Assembly (NCBI GenBank): GCA_009692005.1
Contig: SHZZ01000001.1
Span: forward strand, 198,171 to 262,170
Reading direction: 5' to 3'
Source: Gemmataceae bacterium
Lineage (GTDB): Bacteria > Planctomycetota > Planctomycetia > Gemmatales > Gemmataceae
Length of the DNA stretch: 64,000 nt
The notes under the pieces were generated by a model. That model made no database searches. It was not told where the DNA came from and saw nothing but the letters and a program-made list of their open reading frames with translations. Below, in pieces: positions 58,719 to 64,000 of this stretch. The translations under genes were made by a program, and so were the position numbers. How positions within the stretch are numbered: position 1 is the first letter of the stretch; the number at the start of each line of letters is the position of its first letter.

Positions 58719-60002
58719 ATGCTGGCCCGGAACTTTGAATGCACCATTGCCCCGTTGTCTTACTTTAAATCTTTCTTTTTGGGAATGATGTTAGTTGGCA
58801 TGGGTGGGCTTTGTTGGGCTGAAGCCGCCCAAATTGAAAAACCAGTCAAGGTGCCAGTTTTTTCCTTGGCACAACTCCAGGAAATGGGGCGGGCTTCCAG
58901 TCCCCTGATCAAAGCTGCCCAGGCTGGAGTAGATGGCGTGGCGGAAAAACAATCCGCCATCCACAAAATGCGTTTCCTTGGCTTGATCTCCAAGGAAATT
59001 CCTGTCCGCAAGCAACAAGCTGAGGCGGGCGCTGTTGCCGCGTCTGCAAGCTTTTCTCAGAGTGAACTTGATGTCAATTTTTCCGTTGCTTACACCTACA
59101 CTTCGATAATCTACGCCCGCCAGCAATTGGAAATTGCCGACCGCGGCATTACCGACCTGACCACCACCGGCGACATTGCCCGTGAGATTGTGAAAACCGG
59201 TTCGCGCAACGATGTCTCCAAAAAGCAGATTGATCAGATCAATGTTTACCACAACTTTTTCTATGGTCGCAAGGAAGAAGCGGTGCAAGGGATTCCCCGT
59301 GCCAAGGCGGGCTTGAGGGAGGCCATTGGGATCCAAAACCTGAATTGGGACCTGGAACCGGCAGACAAGGTTTTAACCTTGCCGGAAGTTTCCATTAATA
59401 AGGAAGAGATGGTTCGACTGGCGGTTGAGAGGCGGAGTGAAATTCAACTAGCCCAAGCCGCGGTGGATGTCACTTGTTTGGAAGTGCAGGCGCAACAGAA
59501 AATTTGGTCCCTCACGGGACGGACCTTTGCCACCGGCACGGACATTCACGCCATTTTGCTGCCTGCCCCCTCATTTAATGAGGATTACAAGCCAGGCGCC
59601 ATTGCCCCGGAGATGCCCGCCAACCTGGTAGGGTCAAGGCGGTCTAGAGCCGCTCAAGCACAAATCCTTCATACCAGGGCAGAAGCTGTGTCAGAAAAGG
59701 CTCGCAGCCTGGTGGCGCTTGAGGCCGAAACCACTTGGTTGCGCTGGGTGGAAAATCAGAATCGGGCCAAACATTATCTCAAGGCCGCTGACGAAGCGGA
59801 GAAACTGGCCGCTTCCTTGAAAGACAGATTCGACCCCCGGGGAGGCAAAATCACCCTGGATGAAGTAATCGATTCCGGCATTCAGGCCAACACGATGCGG
59901 ATTCAGGCCAATGAGGTGGTTTACAAAACCCACTTGTCACTCATTGCTTTGGAACGGGTAACGGCTGGTGGCTTCAAGGCCCCGCCCATTACCAAGAAAT
60001 AA
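58719..60002 (+). CDS. TolC-like outer membrane efflux protein
   Basis: Signal peptide, then two tandem OEP-like repeats with coiled segments. The start is set at the ATG after GGGGGAGA. The ORF is open from 58695. Confidence 0.72.
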   Translation: MLARNFECTIAPLSYFKSFFLGMMLVGMGGLCWAEAAQIEKPVKVPVFSLAQLQEMGRASSPLIKAAQAGVDGVAEKQSAIHKMRFLGLISKEIPVRKQQAEAGAVAASASFSQSELDVNFSVAYTYTSIIYARQQLEIADRGITDLTTTGDIAREIVKTGSRNDVSKKQIDQINVYHNFFYGRKEEAVQGIPRAKAGLREAIGIQNLNWDLEPADKVLTLPEVSINKEEMVRLAVERRSEIQLAQAAVDVTCLEVQAQQKIWSLTGRTFATGTDIHAILLPAPSFNEDYKPGAIAPEMPANLVGSRRSRAAQAQILHTRAEAVSEKARSLVALEAETTWLRWVENQNRAKHYLKAADEAEKLAASLKDRFDPRGGKITLDEVIDSGIQANTMRIQANEVVYKTHLSLIALERVTAGGFKAPPITKK

Positions 60003-60074
60003 TCCTTGCTGACCCTGAAATGTTGAACTTGTTTTAGATTTTCACCTTTTGAGCAACACACCTTTGAGGAACCC

Positions 60075-60983
60075 ATGACCAGGAAATCTTGGATAGGCTG
60101 TACAATCCTGGCGAGCTTTATGCTCGCCGGGGTTGTTTTTTCCATGTCTCCCGAAAAATCCGGAAAAACTAAAACCATAAAGATTGGGATGGTGAAAACC
60201 ATCTTCAAGGATGCTCCGGAATCCTTGTTGCAAATTATCATGAAACCTTTCCGATCCGTCATGGAAGCCCAGACTGGCATGCAGAGTGATTTGGTGATGG
60301 TTGCCAATCACCGGAAATTAGCCAGACAGTTGCTCGACGGGGAGACGCAGTTCGGCGTTTTCCATGGGTTTGAATTCGGTTGGGCCAAGGCCCGCCATCC
60401 GGAATTGCAACCCCTCATGCTGGCGGTTAATGTCAAAACCCCGCTGTACGCTTACCTGGTGGTTAACAAAGAATCGGAAATGAAATCAGCCGACCAATTG
60501 ATAGGTAAAAATTTGGCTATCCTTCGTGGCAACCGGGAACACTGCAGGCTCTTTTTTGAACATCGAATTTTACCCGTGGGAAAGGCTCCCAAAGATTACT
60601 TTGGCAAGGTCAGCGGGAACTTGGATCATGAGGATGCCTTTGATGGCCTCGGGGATGGCGATTTCCACGCCGTGCTGGCCGACCATCCGGCCTGGGAAAA
60701 TTACAAAACCCAAAAGCCTGGTCGCGCCGAGAAGTTGAGCGCCTTGATGATTTCCGAACACTTTGTTCCCGCGGTCATTGCTTACAATCCTGCAAAACTC
60801 GACAAGGAAACCATGAACAATTTCCGGGGCGGAATGCTTTCCGCTTCGTCTAATCCCAGTTCCAAGAGAATGTTGGAGTTTGTGAAAATTTCCTCGTTTG
60901 AAAAGATCCCGGAACAATTCGATAAGCAACTCGCCGACTCGGTGAAAAGCTACCCGGCGCCCACCCCGGACTTGGCGGACTGA
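60075..60983 (+). CDS. PhnD-like periplasmic substrate-binding protein
   Basis: Signal/anchor segment, then IKIGMVKTIF...GVFHGFEFGWA...AILRGNRE, resembling the phosphonate-binding (PhnD) fold. Confidence 0.62.
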   Translation: MTRKSWIGCTILASFMLAGVVFSMSPEKSGKTKTIKIGMVKTIFKDAPESLLQIIMKPFRSVMEAQTGMQSDLVMVANHRKLARQLLDGETQFGVFHGFEFGWAKARHPELQPLMLAVNVKTPLYAYLVVNKESEMKSADQLIGKNLAILRGNREHCRLFFEHRILPVGKAPKDYFGKVSGNLDHEDAFDGLGDGDFHAVLADHPAWENYKTQKPGRAEKLSALMISEHFVPAVIAYNPAKLDKETMNNFRGGMLSASSNPSSKRMLEFVKISSFEKIPEQFDKQLADSVKSYPAPTPDLAD

Positions 60984-61010
60984 CCAGACCTCCATAAATA
61001 TCCCTTTGCG

Positions 61011-61048
61011 CTCCGGGCGTTTAATGCGCCCGGAGTTGCTTGTTTATT
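61011..61048 (+). terminator. rho-independent terminator
   Basis: CTCCGGGCG-TTTAATG-CGCCCGGAG (perfect 9 bp) followed by TTGCTTGTTTATT. Confidence 0.75.
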
Positions 61049-61117
61049 ACCCAGGTGTTATTTTTGAGCACCCTTCTCGTTTTGCAGGATGGCCAGGATA
61101 GCCGTGGAGCATAAGGA

Positions 61118-63493
61118 ATGACCCAAGAAAATATCCAAACGGTGGCCCTCAAAGATCAAGCCAGGGAACGCTACCTGATTTACGCCCTGTCCGTTATTAC
61201 TTCCAGGGCCATTCCCGATGTCCGCGACGGCCTGAAACCGGTTCAACGGCGAATTCTCTACACCATGTTTAATGACTTGCGCTTGACCTTTGATGGCCGC
61301 CCGAGAAAGTGCGCCAAAATCGTTGGCGATGTCACTGGGAATTACCATCCGCATGGGACCACCGCGGCTTATGAAGCTCTGGTCCGCCTGGCGCAAGACT
61401 TTGTCATGAGGGTTCCCTTGGTGGTCGGCCAGGGAAATTTCGGTTCAGTGGATGGGGATGCACCCGCAGCCGAGCGCTACACAGAAGCCAAACTAGCCTT
61501 GGCCGCTGAATCCTTGATGTCGGAATTACGCCAGGGCACGGTGGAAATGCGACCCAATTACGACAACACCCGCGAGGAGCCGGTGGTAGTGCCGGCGCAG
61601 TTCCCCAATTTGCTGGTGAACGGCGCGTCTGGGATCGCTGTGGGGTTGGCGACCAATATTCCTCCACATAACCTGGGCGAGGTCATTCGGGCCGCCGTTT
61701 TTGTTATTGAAAATCCACAGGCCACCACTTCCTTGATTTTGGACAGACTCAAGGGGCCGGATTTTCCACTGGGGGGTAAAATCCTCATCGACCGCCCTTC
61801 CCTCACCAAGATTTATGAAGAAGGATCCGGCTCGCTGAAAGTTCAGGGCCAGTGGAAGGTTGAATCGCCTGGGAAAAAAGACCAAATCGTCGTTTACTCG
61901 ATCCCCTACAGCGTTGATAAAGGAAAACTCATCTCCGATATTGGCTTAATTGTCAGCGAGAAAAAACTGCCCTTGTTAACCAATGTGGTGGATGAATCGA
62001 GTGAAAAAGAGGGAATTCGGATTGTCCTGGAACTTAAGCCCGAGGCCGATCCGGCCCTGGCCATGGCCTATTTGTACAAACATACCCAGCTCCAGGACAA
62101 CTTCGCCTGCAATTTCACCTGCCTGATTCCCGTCAAGGACGAGCAGGGCAGAGAGCGAACCCGGCCCGAACGGCTAGGGGTCAAAGCCATTCTAAGGCAG
62201 TTCCTCGACTTTCGTTTCAAGACGGTCAAGAAGCGGTTTGAGTTTGACCTTGAACAGTTGCGCAAGCGCATTCATATTCTGAAAGGATTCAAAATCATCT
62301 TTGATGCGCTTGATCGTGCCATTCGCATGATCCGCGAGAGCGATGGGAAGGCCGATGCCGCTGAGAAGTTGATGCAAGCTTTCAAATTGGACCAAATGCA
62401 GGTAGATGCGATTCTGGACGCGCAGCTTTATAAAATCGCGCATTTGGAAATCCGCAAAATCCTGGAAGAGTTGCGGGAAAAGGCCAAGGCTGCCCACGAA
62501 ATTGAGGAAATTCTCGGCTCAATTAGGAAATTGTGGGGAGTGGTCAAATCCGAACTGAATGATCTGGCCGAAAAGTTTCCCGATAAACGGCGCACGCGAT
62601 TCGGCGACTCTGACGAAGCTCCCGAATTTGACCCAGAGGCTTACATTATCAAGGAAAACACCAATGTGGTGCTTACCCGGGATGGCTGGTTCAAGCGCGT
62701 TGGTCGCCTGGCCTCTGTGGAAGGAACACGGATGCGTGAAGGCGACGAAGTGATTTCCGTGGTCCCGGGCAGTACCTTGGACTTGGTGGTCCTATTTAGT
62801 GATGACGGCACGGCTTACACGACACGGATCAACGAGGTTTCTGCCAGTTCCGGATATGGGGAACCAGCTGCAAAATATTTCCGCCTGGGCGACCAGACCA
62901 AGCTCATTGGACTGGCTACTACCGATGAAAGATTTGTCCCCCCTTCCAAACACAGTAAAAACGACGAACCCGTCCCGCCGTTTTTACTGGCCCTCACGGC
63001 CATGGGGCAGGTTTTACGAACTCCCATGGCGCCCTTTCGCCTTCCTTCCACCAAATCGGGCCGCATGTTTGCCAGGCTCAACGAAGGCGACCGCGTTATC
63101 ATGGTTGCTGTCTTGTACAAAGAAAAAAGTCTTCTCTTGGCTTCCAAGTTTGGTCATGTCATTCACTTTGCCATCGAGGAAATCAATATTCTTTCAGGCC
63201 CGGGAAAGGGAGTCATGGGGATCAAGCTGGCTGATGACGACTTGTGCCTGGGCGGGATGGCGGTTGCGGACAAGAATGACACTCTTCAGGTGCAGACTTC
63301 CACCGGAAAAACCATGGATTTCCGCGCGGGGAAATACGAAATTGTCTCACGAGGGGGCCGTGGTTTTCCGGCGGTCAAACGATCAGAGTTTGTCCGGGTT
63401 ATTCCTCCGCCGATTCCCCTGGTCAACTGGGACGAAATTCTGGAATTGGAAAACGGGAAAAACCATGCAGGGCAGAAATCTTTCTTCGAATAG
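61118..63493 (+). CDS. type IIA DNA topoisomerase subunit A (GyrA/ParC family; the C-terminal domain looks ParC-like)
   Basis: PDVRDGLKPVQRRILY, GNYHPHG and the AAERYTE active-site Tyr context. 791 aa. There is no QRRGGKG GyrA box at the start of the C-terminal domain. Confidence 0.92.
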   Translation: MTQENIQTVALKDQARERYLIYALSVITSRAIPDVRDGLKPVQRRILYTMFNDLRLTFDGRPRKCAKIVGDVTGNYHPHGTTAAYEALVRLAQDFVMRVPLVVGQGNFGSVDGDAPAAERYTEAKLALAAESLMSELRQGTVEMRPNYDNTREEPVVVPAQFPNLLVNGASGIAVGLATNIPPHNLGEVIRAAVFVIENPQATTSLILDRLKGPDFPLGGKILIDRPSLTKIYEEGSGSLKVQGQWKVESPGKKDQIVVYSIPYSVDKGKLISDIGLIVSEKKLPLLTNVVDESSEKEGIRIVLELKPEADPALAMAYLYKHTQLQDNFACNFTCLIPVKDEQGRERTRPERLGVKAILRQFLDFRFKTVKKRFEFDLEQLRKRIHILKGFKIIFDALDRAIRMIRESDGKADAAEKLMQAFKLDQMQVDAILDAQLYKIAHLEIRKILEELREKAKAAHEIEEILGSIRKLWGVVKSELNDLAEKFPDKRRTRFGDSDEAPEFDPEAYIIKENTNVVLTRDGWFKRVGRLASVEGTRMREGDEVISVVPGSTLDLVVLFSDDGTAYTTRINEVSASSGYGEPAAKYFRLGDQTKLIGLATTDERFVPPSKHSKNDEPVPPFLLALTAMGQVLRTPMAPFRLPSTKSGRMFARLNEGDRVIMVAVLYKEKSLLLASKFGHVIHFAIEEINILSGPGKGVMGIKLADDDLCLGGMAVADKNDTLQVQTSTGKTMDFRAGKYEIVSRGGRGFPAVKRSEFVRVIPPPIPLVNWDEILELENGKNHAGQKSFFE

Positions 63494-63517
63494 TGGGTTT
63501 TTCCTGTTTCCTCAGGG

Positions 63518-64000
63518 ATGAAATCGATGAGCACGGCGAGCAGCAGTTATTCAGCAAAAGACATCACCGTATTGGAAGGCCTGGAACCGGTCCGGAAAAG
63601 GCCGTCCATGTACATTGGCGGGGTCGACCCCAAAGGCCTTCATCACCTGGTGTGGGAAATTGTCGATAACGCGGTGGATGAGTATTTGAATGGTTTTGCG
63701 GACACCATCACCGTTACCTTGCACAAAGGGGGAGAGGCGGTTTCCGTGCAGGATAACGGGCGCGGCATTCCCGTTGACATTCATCCCAAGCATAAAAAAC
63801 CAGCCCTGGAATTAATCCTGACCACACTTCACTCCGGCGCCAAGTTTGGCGATAGCCAGAATTACATCCACTCGGGCGGTTTGCATGGCGTCGGCTCTTC
63901 CGTGGTGAACGCGCTTTCCAAAAAACTGGTCGCCACCGTTCGCAGGGACGGCAAGGAAGTCATGCAGACTTTCAAGCGGGGGAAAGCTGAGACGGGACTG
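63518..64000 (+). CDS. type IIA DNA topoisomerase subunit B (GyrB/ParE family), N-terminal part; continues beyond the window
   Basis: My own translation reads [35 protein letters not shown]...[14 protein letters not shown]...DNGRGIPV...[15 protein letters not shown]. It is open to the window end. Confidence 0.9.
   Translation, partial: MKSMSTASSSYSAKDITVLEGLEPVRKRPSMYIGGVDPKGLHHLVWEIVDNAVDEYLNGFADTITVTLHKGGEAVSVQDNGRGIPVDIHPKHKKPALELILTTLHSGAKFGDSQNYIHSGGLHGVGSSVVNALSKKLVATVRRDGKEVMQTFKRGKAETGL

Overview
This is a mostly core-chromosome window. G+C is roughly 50% by hand counts of a few 60-nt lines. The gene content suggests a Planctomycetota-like genome (inference only): DUF1501, Ser/Thr kinase and PP2C genes, a PQQ propeller, BON and PEGA secreted proteins, and long spacers. 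I can support about 55 CDS, one tRNA, one integrase pseudogene, several intrinsic terminators and two striking dyad or hairpin elements.

Gene content, left to right:
- rsmE (partial) and accD
- a sulfate ABC operon (cysP/T/W/A)
- an aquaporin-ArsC pair
- pgk, gap and mdh
- an lnt-moeA-metH block
- a 0.95-kb ORF-poor spacer
- an ABC-F ATPase
- a small G+C-rich islet next to tRNA-Arg(ACG), carrying a broken integron-type integrase
- priA, a beta-carbonic anhydrase, a Ser/Thr kinase, a bestrophin, an MFS transporter, a DUF1501 protein and hisF
- PilT, a membrane-anchored GspE/PilB-like ATPase and a CvpA-like membrane protein
- a multi-TM sigma-54 activator
- rpsU, a desaturase, an AlkA-like glycosylase and a PP2C phosphatase
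- dnaA followed by a T-rich spacer and two small secreted proteins
- a YyaL-like thioredoxin-domain protein and a thiE fusion
- a TolC-like protein plus an orphan binding protein
- a type IIA topoisomerase A/B pair (the B subunit runs off the window)

I found no CRISPR array, no intact mobile element and no recognisable defence genes.

The candidates most worth a second look are:
- the orphan PilT / TM-anchored GspE-like / CvpA-like trio
- the membrane-embedded sigma-54 enhancer-binding protein
- the tRNA-linked islet with integron-like geometry
- a perfect 34-bp dyad on the start of the sulfate operon
- a 130-nt hairpin plus U-tract in the metH leader

All functional calls come from motif reading of the supplied translations. 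No database search was run.
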